From: an uncultured Actinomycetota bacterium
GTDB lineage: Bacteria > Actinomycetota > Actinomycetes > CAVWCF01
DNA length: 64,000 nt
Direction of reading: 5' to 3'
NCBI GenBank assembly: GCA_963753435.1
Contig: CAVWCF010000005.1
Coordinates: forward strand, 96,001-160,000
The notes under the pieces were generated by a model that had not been told where the DNA came from, did not search any database, and saw only the letters and a list, made by a program, of their open reading frames with translations. Below, in pieces: positions 49,942-59,620 of the stretch. Position 1 is the first letter of the stretch. The number at the start of each line of letters is the position of its first letter. The translations under genes were made by a program, and so were the position numbers.

Positions 49942-51225
49942 ATGTCTGACTACTCGCTCCGCCACCCCGGAGGCGAGCTGCCGCTGGCCGTGAACAAGGC
50001 GGTTGATGGCTCCAGCGGGCTGGACATCGCCGCGCTGCTGAAGGAGACCGGTCACGTCACGCTGGACTCCGGTTTCGTGAACACCGCGTCCTGCTCCTCG
50101 GAGATCACGTTCATCGACGGCGACGCCGGCATCCTGCGCTACCGCGGCTACCCGATCGAGCAGCTGGCTGAGCAGTCGACGTTCCTGGAGACGACCTACC
50201 TGCTGATCTACGGCGAGCTGCCCTCCGCCGGCGAACTCAGCGACTTCGCCGAGCGCATCCAGCGGCACACGATGCTGCACGAGGACCTGCGCCGCTTCTT
50301 CGACGGATTCCCGCGCGACGCGCACCCGATGGCCGTGCTGTCCAGCGCCGTCAGCGCGTTGTCGACGTTCTACCAGGACAGCCTGGATCCGTTCGACCCC
50401 GAACACGTCGAGATCTCCACCGTCCGACTGCTGGCGAAGTTGCCGACGATCGCTGCCTACGCTTACAAGAAGTCGATCGGTCAGCCGTTCCTGTACCCGG
50501 ACAACGCCCTCGGCCCGACCGAGAACTTCTTGCGGATGACCTTCGGTGTCCCCGCCGAGTCGTACGAGGTGGACCCGGCCATTGCCCGCGCCCTGGACGT
50601 CCTGTTCATCCTGCACGGTGACCACGAGCAGAACTGTTCGACTTCGACGGTGCGCATGGTCGGATCCAGTCACGCCAACCTCTTCGCGTCGGTGTCGGCC
50701 GGAATCAACGCCCTGTTCGGGCCGCTGCACGGCGGCGCCAACCAGGCAGTGCTGGAGATGCTGCAGGGGATCCACGACTCCGACGACGACGTGTCCGCCT
50801 TCGTGCAGCGGGTGAAGAACCGCGAGGACGGCGTACGCCTGATGGGCTTCGGTCACCGCGTCTACAAGAACTACGACCCCCGGGCCCGAGTGATCAAGCA
50901 GATCGCGGACGAGGTGTTGGCGCAGCAGCGGGTCAACGACCCGTTGTTGGACATCGCCAAAGCGCTGGAAGAGGTGGCTCTGGCCGATGACTTCTTCGTC
51001 TCGCGGCGCCTGTACCCGAACGTGGACTTCTACACCGGGATGATCTACAAGGCGATGGGCTTCCCGCAGAAGATGTTCACGGTGCTGTTCGCGCTGGGGC
51101 GCCTGCCCGGCTGGATCGCCCAGTGGCGGGAGATGATCGAGGACCCGCAGACGAAGATCGGTCGGCCGCGTCAGGTCTACGTCGGCGCACCTGAGCGCGC
51201 CTACGTGCAGCTGTCCGACCGCTGA
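49942..51225 (+). CDS. gltA: Citrate synthase
   Basis: ITFIDGDAGILRYRGYPIEQLA, DHEQNCST, GPLHGGAN, MGFGHRVYKNYDPRA, YPNVDFY, RPRQVY. Confidence 0.97.
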   Translation: MSDYSLRHPGGELPLAVNKAVDGSSGLDIAALLKETGHVTLDSGFVNTASCSSEITFIDGDAGILRYRGYPIEQLAEQSTFLETTYLLIYGELPSAGELSDFAERIQRHTMLHEDLRRFFDGFPRDAHPMAVLSSAVSALSTFYQDSLDPFDPEHVEISTVRLLAKLPTIAAYAYKKSIGQPFLYPDNALGPTENFLRMTFGVPAESYEVDPAIARALDVLFILHGDHEQNCSTSTVRMVGSSHANLFASVSAGINALFGPLHGGANQAVLEMLQGIHDSDDDVSAFVQRVKNREDGVRLMGFGHRVYKNYDPRARVIKQIADEVLAQQRVNDPLLDIAKALEEVALADDFFVSRRLYPNVDFYTGMIYKAMGFPQKMFTVLFALGRLPGWIAQWREMIEDPQTKIGRPRQVYVGAPERAYVQLSDR

Positions 51226-51237
51226 GGAAACGCTTCG

Positions 51238-52245
51238 TCAGTCGTTGGCGTGCAGGTCGGCGTTCAGGCCGCCCCACGTCCCGGTGCGGGGGAGCGCCTC
51301 GATCGCGCCGCTGACGGAGTTGCGTCGGAAGAGCAGCCCCGCCCGCCCAGACAGGTCGCGGGCCTTGGCGATCACGCCGTCCGGCAGCGTCACCTTGGTC
51401 CCCGCGGTCACGTAGCAGCCGGCTTCGACGACGCAGTCGTCGCCGAGGCTGATCCCAATGCCCGCGTTGGCGCCGATCAGGCAGCGTGCGCCTACGGAGA
51501 CGACCTCCTCGCCGCCGCCTGACAGCGTCCCCATGATCGAGGCGCCGCCGCCGAGGTCGCTGCCGTCACCGAGTACGACACCGGCGCTGATCCGCCCCTC
51601 GACCATTGACGCACCGAGGGTGCCGGCGTTGAAGTTGACGAAGCCCTCGTGCATCACTGTCGTGCCTTCAGCCAGGTGGGCGCCAAGGCGGACACGGTCG
51701 GCGTCGGCGATGCGAACGCCACTGGGCAAGACGTAGTCGACCATGCGGGGGAACTTGTCCACTCCGTACACGTGCAAGGGGCCGCGGGCGCGCAACCCCA
51801 CGCGGAGTTCGTTCAGTTGATCGGCCGCGACCGGTCCCTGACTGGTCCAGGCGACGTTGGCCAGGAGTCCGAACACTCCGTCCAGGTTGATGGTCCGAGG
51901 CTGAGCCAGCCGACTGCTGAGCAGGTGCAGTCGCAGGTAGACGTCGGTGGCGTCGCCAGGGGGTGCGTCCAAGTCCTCGATCACGCAGGCGACTGCGACC
52001 ACTTCCACCGCCCGGGCCGGATCGGGCCCGACGATCCCGGCGGCGGACTCGCCCAGAAGCTCCTTGGCGTCCGCGGCGCTCAGCCGTTGGGTCCCCGGCG
52101 CTCCGGAGCCCCCCGCGCCGCCTACCGCCGGGGGGTCGCCGCCCATCCCGATCCGGGCGAACGCGACATCCAAGGTGCGTCCGTCGTCGGCGACGGTCGC
52201 GAATCCGACACCGTGGGCGCTTCGAGGGCTCTGTGGATCGGTCAC
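51238..52245 (-). CDS. dapD: Tetrahydrodipicolinate N-succinyltransferase (actinobacterial type)
   Basis: [59 protein letters not shown]. Confidence 0.95.
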   Translation of the reverse strand: MTDPQSPRSAHGVGFATVADDGRTLDVAFARIGMGGDPPAVGGAGGSGAPGTQRLSAADAKELLGESAAGIVGPDPARAVEVVAVACVIEDLDAPPGDATDVYLRLHLLSSRLAQPRTINLDGVFGLLANVAWTSQGPVAADQLNELRVGLRARGPLHVYGVDKFPRMVDYVLPSGVRIADADRVRLGAHLAEGTTVMHEGFVNFNAGTLGASMVEGRISAGVVLGDGSDLGGGASIMGTLSGGGEEVVSVGARCLIGANAGIGISLGDDCVVEAGCYVTAGTKVTLPDGVIAKARDLSGRAGLLFRRNSVSGAIEALPRTGTWGGLNADLHAND

Positions 52246-52262
52246 GGCCGTAAGTTAGCCGC

Positions 52263-53354
52263 GTGCCTTCAGCCGACGACATCCCCTCGCAGACTCCGGG
52301 CCTGGACCTGACCGGCGACGTCGTGGCGCTGGCCGCGGCGCTGGTGGACACCCCCTCGGTCAGCGGGACCGAAACGGCCCTCGCGGACGCGCTGGAAGCG
52401 GCCCTGCGCGCGGTTGGGCACCTGCAGGTGGATCGAGATGGTGACGCCGTCGTGGCGCGGACGGGCGGCGGCGGTGCTGGTCGGGTCCTGCTGGCCGGGC
52501 ACATCGACACAGTGCCTGCGGCCGCGAACCTGCCGGGGGTGTTGGCGGGTGAGCGGCTGGTCGGGCTCGGTTCGGCTGACATGAAGGGCGGCGTGGCGGT
52601 GCTGGCCCACTTGGCTGCGACTGTCTCGGCCCCTGCCCGCGGCGTGACGTACGTGTTCTACGACGGTGAGGAGATCGAAGAGGAGGCAAACGGCCTGCGG
52701 CGGCTGGCCCAGCGACACCCGGAGTGGTTGGCAGCGGACTTTGCCGTTTTGGCTGAACCGAGCAACGCCCAGGTGGAGGCCGGCTGCCAGGGAACCCTCC
52801 GCGTTGTGGTGCAGACCGAGGGACGGCGGGCGCACTCCGCCCGCTCCTGGCTGGGGGATAACGCGATCCATGCGTTGGCCGAGCCGTTGCGTCGATTGCA
52901 GGAGTACGTACCGCGTCAGCCGGTGATCAACGGCCTGCAGTACCGCGAAGGGCTGACCGCGGTTCGAATCGGCGGGGGTGTCGCCGGCAACGTGGTGCCG
53001 GACGCTGCGGAACTGACGGTGAACTACCGGTTCGCCCCGGACCGCTCGGCCGAGGAGGCCGTGGCGCACGTACGCGACGTTTTCGACGGTTTCGCGGTGG
53101 TGGTGACCGACTTGGCGGCCGGAGCCCTGCCGGGTCTGGACCGACCCGAAGCCGCCGCATTCCTGGATGCCGTGGGCGCCGACCCGGAGCCGAAACTCGG
53201 CTGGACGGACGTGGCCCGGTTCACCGAGTTGGGCATCCCGGCGGTCAACTACGGACCCGGCGATCCGGCCTTGGCCCACACGGCGGAGGAGTGGGTTTCG
53301 ACCGAGCAGATCCGTCAGTGCGCGGATCGGCTGCGGGCCTGGTTGACGACATGA
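52263..53354 (+). CDS. dapE: Succinyl-diaminopimelate desuccinylase
   Basis: [51 protein letters not shown]. Confidence 0.94.
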   Translation: MPSADDIPSQTPGLDLTGDVVALAAALVDTPSVSGTETALADALEAALRAVGHLQVDRDGDAVVARTGGGGAGRVLLAGHIDTVPAAANLPGVLAGERLVGLGSADMKGGVAVLAHLAATVSAPARGVTYVFYDGEEIEEEANGLRRLAQRHPEWLAADFAVLAEPSNAQVEAGCQGTLRVVVQTEGRRAHSARSWLGDNAIHALAEPLRRLQEYVPRQPVINGLQYREGLTAVRIGGGVAGNVVPDAAELTVNYRFAPDRSAEEAVAHVRDVFDGFAVVVTDLAAGALPGLDRPEAAAFLDAVGADPEPKLGWTDVARFTELGIPAVNYGPGDPALAHTAEEWVSTEQIRQCADRLRAWLTT

Positions 53355-53438
53355 CCCCCACCGCCCGGTCGGTTCGGTGCGGGGGAACCGGGCAGGGGGG
53401 TCACGCCTCGGAGGTGGTTCGGGGGCTCGGGGTGGGTG

Positions 53439-53999
53439 TCAGGCCTTTACCGCGGAGATGTCCAGGTCGATGCGGACCTTGTCGCTGACGAGGACGCCGC
53501 CGGCCTCAAGGGCCACGTTCCAGGTCAGGCCGAAGTCCTTGCGGCTGATGGTCGTGCTGCCTTCGAATCCGGCGCGGGTCGCGCCGAACGGGTCCACCGA
53601 AACGCCGGTCGGTTCCGCGTCGATCTCTACGCGGCGGGTCGTCCCGCGAATCGTGAGGTCACCGATGAGGACGAAGCTGTCCCCGTCGACGCGCACCTCG
53701 GTGGAGGAGAAGTTCAGCGTCGGGAAGTTCTCCACATCCAGGAAGTCCGCGGAGCGCACGTGGGTATCGCGGTCCTCGCTCCCGCTGGTGAAGGACGCCG
53801 CCTGGATCTCGACGGTGGCAGTGGAGCGGCTCGGCTCGACGCCATCGAGCACAAGAGTGCCGCTGAAGTCATTGAACTGGCCACGGACGGTGGCGACCAT
53901 CGCGTGCTTGGCGCGGAAGCCAAGGCGAGTGTGGGCGGTGTCCAGGTTCCAGGTGCCGCTGTACTCGGTCAGGGCGGGGGCGACGGTGGTGGCGGTCAA
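53439..53999 (-). CDS. YceI-family (lipid/polyisoprenoid-binding) protein
   Basis: GTWNLDTAHT.LGF.AKH.MV..VRG.F, RD.H.RS.DF.DVE.FP, R.DFGLTWN..LE.GG.LVSD; TTG start after a GAAGGAG RBS. Confidence 0.92.
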   Translation of the reverse strand: MTATTVAPALTEYSGTWNLDTAHTRLGFRAKHAMVATVRGQFNDFSGTLVLDGVEPSRSTATVEIQAASFTSGSEDRDTHVRSADFLDVENFPTLNFSSTEVRVDGDSFVLIGDLTIRGTTRRVEIDAEPTGVSVDPFGATRAGFEGSTTISRKDFGLTWNVALEAGGVLVSDKVRIDLDISAVKA

Positions 54000-54017
54000 C
54001 TCGGGCTCCTTCGGTAG

Positions 54018-54054
54018 TAGTTGAACTATCAATGACATTAGTTGAACACACAAC
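54018..54054. promoter_or_regulatory. Tandem imperfect palindromic operator upstream of yceI (MarR-type)
   Basis: TAGTTGAACTATCAAT and TAGTTGAACACACAAC, 21 bp apart, in an AT-rich patch. Confidence 0.6.
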
Positions 54055-54090
54055 CACCCGAGAGCGCAACTCGAGCCGTAGGGTCCGACC

Positions 54091-55005
54091 ATGAGTTCGT
54101 CCGAAGAGTCGGCCGAGTTGCCTGCCCGGCGGGCGGGGGAACCGGTTCCGGATGCCCCCATCCCGGGCGACCCGGCCACGCCCGGCGAGCGTCCGGACGT
54201 GCCGGCGCGCATGCGGGGTCCGGTGTTGATGCGCGGCGCCCAGGTATTGCCGTCGACCACCGACCAACGACTGCTGGACTCTCGCGGCGCGGGGGACTGG
54301 GTCCACACCGATCCGTGGCGGGTGCTGCGGATACAGGCGGAGTTCGTGGAGGGTTTCGGCCTGCTCGCCGAACTCGGCCAGGCGGTCGCAGTCTTCGGCT
54401 CGGCGCGCACGATGCGCAACGAGCCCGGGTACGCCGAGGGGATGCTGCTGGGCCGGCTGATCGCCGAAGCCGGCTATTCAGTGATAACCGGTGGGGGACC
54501 CGGTGTCATGGAGGCAGCAAATCGGGGGTGCGTGGAGGCCGGCGGTACGTCGGTCGGCCTCGGAATCGAGTTGCCCTTCGAGCAGGGAATCAACGACTGG
54601 GTAGACCTCGGGATCACCTTCAGATACTTCTTCGTTCGCAAGACGATGTTCATGAAGTACAGCCAGGGCTTCGTCGTGCTCCCTGGCGGATTCGGCACCC
54701 TGGATGAGTTGTTCGAGGCGCTGACCCTGGTGCAGACCAGCAAGGTGACCAGGTTCCCGATCGTCCTGGTAGGTGCCGACTACTGGTCGGGGTTGTTGGC
54801 CTGGTTGCGTCAAACCGTTGCCGCTGAGGGGAAGATCGCCGAAGTCGACCTGGACTTGCTGCACGTGGTGGACGACGTGGCAGCAGCCGTTGACTTGATC
54901 GTCAATGCGCATCGCGACGGACTGGAGTTCGCAGCCGAGGAGCGGGCGGCGTACGAGGCGCTCGCCGCCGCGGAGCGCCGCGCCGCACAACACGACGGGA
55001 ACTGA
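54091..55005 (+). CDS. LOG-family (TIGR00730) nucleotide phosphoribohydrolase
   Basis: DPWRVLRIQAEFVEGF, VFGSAR, TGGGPGVMEAANRG, YFFVRK, PGGFGTLDELFE. Confidence 0.93.
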   Translation: MSSSEESAELPARRAGEPVPDAPIPGDPATPGERPDVPARMRGPVLMRGAQVLPSTTDQRLLDSRGAGDWVHTDPWRVLRIQAEFVEGFGLLAELGQAVAVFGSARTMRNEPGYAEGMLLGRLIAEAGYSVITGGGPGVMEAANRGCVEAGGTSVGLGIELPFEQGINDWVDLGITFRYFFVRKTMFMKYSQGFVVLPGGFGTLDELFEALTLVQTSKVTRFPIVLVGADYWSGLLAWLRQTVAAEGKIAEVDLDLLHVVDDVAAAVDLIVNAHRDGLEFAAEERAAYEALAAAERRAAQHDGN

Positions 55006-55063
55006 CCCGAGCGGTGCAGCCCCTTGGCCCGCCACGTCGGCGGTGACTTCTCAGTGCAACCAC

Positions 55064-55099
55064 CACGTGGGCCCCACCGTTTCCGGCGAGGCCCACGTG
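55064..55099. terminator. Hairpin between convergent genes
   Basis: CACGTGGGCC...GGCCCACGTG inverted repeat. Confidence 0.6.
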
Positions 55100-55130
55100 A
55101 AGGGGAGGGGTAAGGGGTAGCTGCTGCGGC

Positions 55131-55679
55131 TCAGGTGGCGTCTTCGGAGGAGTCGTTGCCTGGCCTGCCGAACCCGGGACCTTCTGGCCCGTCCGGTGCA
55201 TCGGCAGGTCGGATGCCAACGCGGGCGGCGGTATCGGTGTCACCGCTGTCGCCGCTGCCAACGCGGACGTTGTCACCGACCTCAATGTCGGCCACCGTGG
55301 CCTCGTCGCGGCCCTCGTGAACCTTCGTGTCACTGGTCAAGGTCCACGTCTTGGTGAAGCCGTCGCTGCTCTTGACGGTGAGCGAGTCGGAACTCACAGC
55401 GGTGACCTCGCCGCGTTGTACCGCGACGTTGACGGCATCGCCGTCCTCGTTCTCGACCACGAGATCGCCGTGCAACATCCGCTGTCTGATCTCGCCGCCC
55501 GGTCCGTGCATGCGGCCACGGTCGGGTCGCTGTTCGCCGGACTGGGTCACGGCCTGCCCGGCGCGATCGGCAGGGGAGGTCGTGTTGGAGCCGGCGAATG
55601 CAACACCGGTCAGCGCTGTGGCGGCAATGGCTCCCGCTGCGGCCCAGGCAATCGCTTTGCCGGTCGCTTTGGTGTCCAT
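55131..55679 (-). CDS. Secreted hypothetical protein with DUF5666-like OB-fold domain
   Basis: Signal peptide, LHGDLVV, QRGEVTAVSSDSLTVKSSDGFTKTW, DIEVGDNVRV; GGGAG RBS. Confidence 0.7.
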   Translation of the reverse strand: MDTKATGKAIAWAAAGAIAATALTGVAFAGSNTTSPADRAGQAVTQSGEQRPDRGRMHGPGGEIRQRMLHGDLVVENEDGDAVNVAVQRGEVTAVSSDSLTVKSSDGFTKTWTLTSDTKVHEGRDEATVADIEVGDNVRVGSGDSGDTDTAARVGIRPADAPDGPEGPGFGRPGNDSSEDAT

Positions 55680-55769
55680 GATTCGCTCCCTTCTTGGTGT
55701 GCGGTCAATCAGGACTATGCCGCCGGCACCTTCGGATCCGGTGTCGGCAGTGTTCGGGTTGGGTAAGCG

Positions 55770-56621
55770 CTAAGCCAGCCCGCGGATTGCGCGCGCGGGG
55801 TCTCGTTCGCCGCGGATGGACGCGACCATGTCGAGTGCCTGCCGGGTAGCAGCGACATCATGCACGCGGAAGACCCGGGCCCCCAGCCACGCGCAAACCG
55901 CCGTGGCCGCCAGGGTCCCGGGCAGCCGCTCCGCGACCGGAAGATCCAGCGTCTCACCGATGAAGTCCTTGCGACTCAGGGAGACCAGCACGGGCCACCC
56001 CGTGGCCACCATCTCCGCGAGTCGGCGGGTTACCTCCAGCGAGTGCCGGGTGTTCTTGCCGAAGTCGTGGCCGGGGTCAATCAGCACGCGCTCAGCGTCG
56101 ACACCCAGCGAGACCGCGCGTTCGGCCAGGCGCACCGTCCGGCGCAGTACGTCGGCCATCACGTCGTCGTAGCCGACCCGGTGCGGTCGGGTGCGAGGGG
56201 CCAGGCCACCGGCGTGGGTGCAGACCAGACCGACGTTGTGGCGGGCCGCCACCGCGGCCAGGTCCGGGTCGTAGCCGCCCCACGCGTCGTTGAGCAGATC
56301 GGCGCCCGCGGCACAGGCGACCTCGCCGACTTCGGCTCGCCAGGTGTCGACGCTGATGACGGCCTGGTCGAATCGGGCGCGCACGTCTGCGACGAACGAC
56401 CCGACCCGGTCGATCTCTTCGGCGGGTGTCACCTCCCGACCCGGTCCGGCCTTGACCCCACCGATGTCGACGATGTCCGCACCGGCCGCTAGCGCCGCCT
56501 CGATTGCCCGCATCGCCTCGTCGTCGCGTGGGGTCCTGGCGGCCTCGAAGAATGAGTCCGGGGTGCGGTTGATGATGGCCATGATTGCCGTGCCGCCGAA
56601 TTCGTGACGTCCCAGTCGCAC
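55770..56621 (-). CDS. folP: Dihydropteroate synthase (FolP2-type)
   Basis: MAIINRTPDSFF, DIGGVKAGPG, SVDTW, DPGHDFGKN, SRKDFIGE, RVHDV; GTG start after AAGGAG. Confidence 0.9.
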   Translation of the reverse strand: MRLGRHEFGGTAIMAIINRTPDSFFEAARTPRDDEAMRAIEAALAAGADIVDIGGVKAGPGREVTPAEEIDRVGSFVADVRARFDQAVISVDTWRAEVGEVACAAGADLLNDAWGGYDPDLAAVAARHNVGLVCTHAGGLAPRTRPHRVGYDDVMADVLRRTVRLAERAVSLGVDAERVLIDPGHDFGKNTRHSLEVTRRLAEMVATGWPVLVSLSRKDFIGETLDLPVAERLPGTLAATAVCAWLGARVFRVHDVAATRQALDMVASIRGERDPARAIRGLA

Positions 56622-56741
56622 GATGTGTCTCCTTCGGGCGCATTCGGATCGGCGGCAGTCGGGCCTGGCGAACGGGCCGACCCGGCGATCATCCTGCCGT
56701 GCCCGACTGGCAACTGCGGCAGCCCGTGGCACGATCGTGGG

Positions 56742-57101
56742 GTGCCCTGGATCGAACTCATCGTCATCGCCGCCGTGCTGGTGGCCGTGGCGCTCATGGC
56801 AGGTGGACGTGGCGACGGTCTCGCCGCGGCCCCACCGGACCGCCCCGACCTGCTGGTGGAGTCGCAGTCGGGGCCGCTGACCGCCGAGCAAGTCAGGGAA
56901 GCGAGGTTCGGCGTCGGCTTTCGCGGGTACCGCATGGACGAGGTCGACGCCTTGTTGGACCGACTGGCCGCTCAACTACCCGAAGCGGACCTGACGGTCC
57001 CGGGCGATGCGGGCGATGCGGGCGATGCGGGCGATGCGGGCGATACGGGCGATACGGGCGACGCCACGTCGCCGCAACCGGATCTAGGGCCGCGGTCGTG
57101 A
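56742..57101 (+). CDS. Membrane-anchored DivIVA-domain protein (Rv1209-like)
   Basis: N-terminal TM, VREARFGVGFRGYRMDEVDALLDRL. Confidence 0.85.
   Translation: MPWIELIVIAAVLVAVALMAGGRGDGLAAAPPDRPDLLVESQSGPLTAEQVREARFGVGFRGYRMDEVDALLDRLAAQLPEADLTVPGDAGDAGDAGDAGDTGDTGDATSPQPDLGPRS
57001..57063 (+). repeat. 9-bp tandem repeat x7 encoding (GDA/GDT)7
   Basis: CGGGCGATG x4, CGGGCGATA x2, CGGGCGACG x1. Confidence 0.95.
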
Positions 57102-57532
57102 AGCTCACGCTGCGAGTTGATGTCGCCGCGCCCCCGGAGGTGGTCTGGGACGTGGTGACTGACTGGGTTGGCCAAGGCGAATGGATGATGGCCACGACCG
57201 TGCGCGTCCTGGACGAGGAGCCCGGGGTCGGTCAGCGGATCGAGGCGTTCTCCGGCGTGGGTCGTTTAGGTGTGTGGGATTCCATGACGGTCACGCGTTG
57301 GGAGCCGCCGCGCCGAGTGGACGTGGTCCACACAGGTAGAGCCATCCGGGGGACTGGCGTGTTCGAGGTCGTTCCGGCGGGTGCGGGGTCGGTCTTCGTG
57401 TGGTCGGAGGATCTGGAGATCCCGATGGGGGCGATCGGTCGAGCCGGCTGGCCGCTGGTGCGCCCCGCGTTTGCCGCGGCCGTGCAGTCGTCGCTGCGCA
57501 AGATGGCGGTCATCGCCGAGTCCCGTGTCTGA
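57098..57532 (+). CDS. SRPBCC/START-family protein
   Basis: VDVAAPPEVVWDVVTDW..QGEWM..T.V, M.VTRWEPP, H.G..IRG.G; GTGA overlap with the upstream gene. Confidence 0.85.
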   Translation: MKLTLRVDVAAPPEVVWDVVTDWVGQGEWMMATTVRVLDEEPGVGQRIEAFSGVGRLGVWDSMTVTRWEPPRRVDVVHTGRAIRGTGVFEVVPAGAGSVFVWSEDLEIPMGAIGRAGWPLVRPAFAAAVQSSLRKMAVIAESRV

Positions 57533-58109
57533 CCTGGACATCGGCGCGGACGGTCGGTCCCGCTGCTCCTGGGCCGGGTCAGCCCCCGAGTACGTCGAAT
57601 ACCACGACCGCGAGTGGGGTCGGCCTGTCCACGGCGACGAGGCTCTCTTTGAGCGACTCACGCTGGAGGCGTTTCAGTCGGGACTGTCCTGGCTCACGAT
57701 CCTGCGCAAGCGGGAGTCCTTTCGGGCGGCATTCGCCGGGTTCGAGATCGACGCCGTTGCCGCGTTCACGGACGCGGACCGCGACCGACTGCTGGCCGAC
57801 CCGGGGATCGTGCGCAACACCGCCAAGGTCAACGCCGCCATCGCCAACGCCAGGGCGGCTGCCGCGCTGCTAGACACCGACGGCGTCGGTGCGCTGGATG
57901 CGCTCGTCTGGTCGTTTCAGCCCAGTGCTGGCCCCGCGCCACGGCGGTTGGCCGACCTCCCAGCAGCGGTGCCGGAATCGGCCGCGCTCGCGAAGGAGTT
58001 GAAGCGGCGTGGGTTCGTGTTCGTCGGACCGACGACCATGTACGCGTTGATGCAGGCGGTCGGCATGGTCAACGACCACCTCGAGGGCTGCTACTGCCGA
58101 GCCGGCTGA
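57525..58109 (+). CDS. tag: DNA-3-methyladenine glycosylase I
   Basis: RCSWA, YHDREWG, LFERLTLEAFQSGLSW.TILRKR, GIVRN..K, FVGPTT.YA.MQA.G.VNDH..C. Confidence 0.95.
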   Translation: MSDLDIGADGRSRCSWAGSAPEYVEYHDREWGRPVHGDEALFERLTLEAFQSGLSWLTILRKRESFRAAFAGFEIDAVAAFTDADRDRLLADPGIVRNTAKVNAAIANARAAAALLDTDGVGALDALVWSFQPSAGPAPRRLADLPAAVPESAALAKELKRRGFVFVGPTTMYALMQAVGMVNDHLEGCYCRAG

Positions 58110-58117
58110 CGGGGTCA

Positions 58118-58154
58118 GCCCCGGGTCAGGAGTGACCGCCCCGGGTCAGGAGTG
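58118..58154. repeat. 17-bp direct repeat spanning the stop codon of the MetE-like gene
   Basis: GCCCCGGGTCAGGAGTG at 58118 and 58138. Confidence 0.85.
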
Positions 58155-59243
58155 CCGTGCGCGCAAGGTCGCCGCAGCGGCTTCCATCGCGGTGATCTTG
58201 CCCAGCGCGGTCTCGCGGGGCAGGAACCACATGCCGCAGTCAGGGGCCAGGGCCAGTCGCCGCACGCCCAGAACCTCCAGCGCCGGTTCGGCGATGCGGA
58301 GTACGTCCGCCTCCGTCTCGACCGCGGCTTCGGTGTCGAGGTTCAGGACCCCCACGGCAACGCGCTTGTCCCCGGCTCGCTGCAGCAGGTCCGCGGAGTG
58401 GCCCGGCTGGGCGAATTCCAGCGAGATCTCATCGGCGGCCGTGCCCGCCAACAACTCCAGGGCGTCCCCGTACACGGGGGTGCTGCGCTTCTCGGCGATG
58501 TTGCGCGAGTACCCGTAGCACATGTGCACCGCCGTCTCGCATTCCACGCCCGCCAGCGCCCGGTCGATGGCCTCGACGGCGAAGTCGGCAACTTGGCTGT
58601 ACCGGAAGTGCACCTCCGGCTCGTCCAGCTGCACGACCGCAACCCCGGCCGCGGCGAGTGCACGCAACTCGGCGTTGATGGCGTCGGCGACCGCGAACGC
58701 CAACTCGGCACGGGACCCGTAGTGCTCGTCGACCAGCCGCAGCGACAGGGTGACCGGACCGATGGCGGTCACCTTTGCCGGCCGGTTGGTGTGGCTGAGG
58801 AGGAAGTCGGTCGCTTCACCGAGCAGCGGCCCAGGCCACGTGATTGGCCCGGTCACCCGGGGCTGGGTGAACTTCGGCGGCGGCGCCGGCTTTCCCTCAG
58901 CATCCGACGTCACCGCCCGCTGCTTCATCTTCAGGTAGCCGGTGACGTCGCTGCTGAAGTCGGTCACCTCGCCGGGGTGAGCAACATCGATGCCGCCGAG
59001 TGCGTAGAAGTACCCGGAGAAGGACTGTCGGCGCTGTTCACCGTCGGTGACGCGGGTGAGCCCGGCCCGCTCCTGGTCGTAGACCGCCAGGCGTACCGCG
59101 TCGTCGAGAGCCTCCGGCAGGCGTTCGGCGGGCAGGCGCCACCACGAGCCCTCCGGGCCGTAGGCGAGGTCGTGGTCGGCCAACCATTGCGGCTTGCACC
59201 AGGAGCCAACGAGTTGCGTGGGGATCAGGTCGGGACCGGACAT
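58146..59243 (-). CDS. Cobalamin-independent methionine synthase II-family (single-barrel MetE-like) zinc protein
   Basis: TQLVGSW.KP.WL, QERAGL..VTDGEQRR, QLDEP, HMCYG, SLE, APDCG; start ATG 59243. Confidence 0.85.
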   Translation of the reverse strand: MSGPDLIPTQLVGSWCKPQWLADHDLAYGPEGSWWRLPAERLPEALDDAVRLAVYDQERAGLTRVTDGEQRRQSFSGYFYALGGIDVAHPGEVTDFSSDVTGYLKMKQRAVTSDAEGKPAPPPKFTQPRVTGPITWPGPLLGEATDFLLSHTNRPAKVTAIGPVTLSLRLVDEHYGSRAELAFAVADAINAELRALAAAGVAVVQLDEPEVHFRYSQVADFAVEAIDRALAGVECETAVHMCYGYSRNIAEKRSTPVYGDALELLAGTAADEISLEFAQPGHSADLLQRAGDKRVAVGVLNLDTEAAVETEADVLRIAEPALEVLGVRRLALAPDCGMWFLPRETALGKITAMEAAAATLRARHS

Positions 59244-59376
59244 GGGCGGTGACCCTAGCGGCGAACCGGGTGCCGAATGCGGCCGCACCCGCCCGCGTCG
59301 CATCCGGGGTGCGCGATCAGGGATAATGGTTGTCCGCGCTCGCTCCGGCGACGCTGACGCACCGAAAGGGGACAGC

Positions 59377-59544
59377 ATGGCCGCCATGAAGCCTCGCACC
59401 GGGGACGGTCCGATGGAGGTCGCTAAGGAGGGGCGTGGCATCGTCATGCGCGTCCCGCTGGAGGGCGGCGGGCGCCTGGTCGTCGAGCTCAACGCCGCTG
59501 AGTGCACCGAGTTGAGCGAGTTGTTGGCGGCAGCCGTCAACTGA
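59377..59544 (+). CDS. DUF3117 small protein (Rv1211-like)
   Basis: MAAMKPRTGDGPMEVAKEGRGIVMRVPLEGGGRLVVEL. Confidence 0.93.
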   Translation: MAAMKPRTGDGPMEVAKEGRGIVMRVPLEGGGRLVVELNAAECTELSELLAAAVN

Positions 59545-59556
59545 ACCGCTGACTGC

Positions 59557-59581
59557 AGGGGTGCCCGTGTCGGGCACCCCT
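59557..59581. terminator. Terminator hairpin
   Basis: AGGGGTGCCCG-TGT-CGGGCACCCCT between convergent genes. Confidence 0.8.
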
Positions 59582-59620
59582 TAGTCGTGTCCTGTCTCGG
59601 TTAACCGGCTCGTGGGCGGT

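Noticed and set aside
49000-50856. Long antisense ORFs (this one, plus 38386-39789, 45214-46530, 40802-41968, 22842-23933 and others)
   Set aside because: These are expected shadows of high-GC3 genes on the opposite strand, with no motifs of their own.
18195-59243. A dispersed sulfur-metabolism system (trans-sulfuration enzyme, mshB, cysS, MetE-like)
   Set aside because: The genes are scattered over 40 kb in unrelated contexts, with no shared motif seen.
59244-59376. Cobalamin or SAM riboswitch upstream of the MetE-like gene
   Set aside because: The region is short, is shared with the DUF3117 promoter, and shows no recognisable B12-box or SAM motif.
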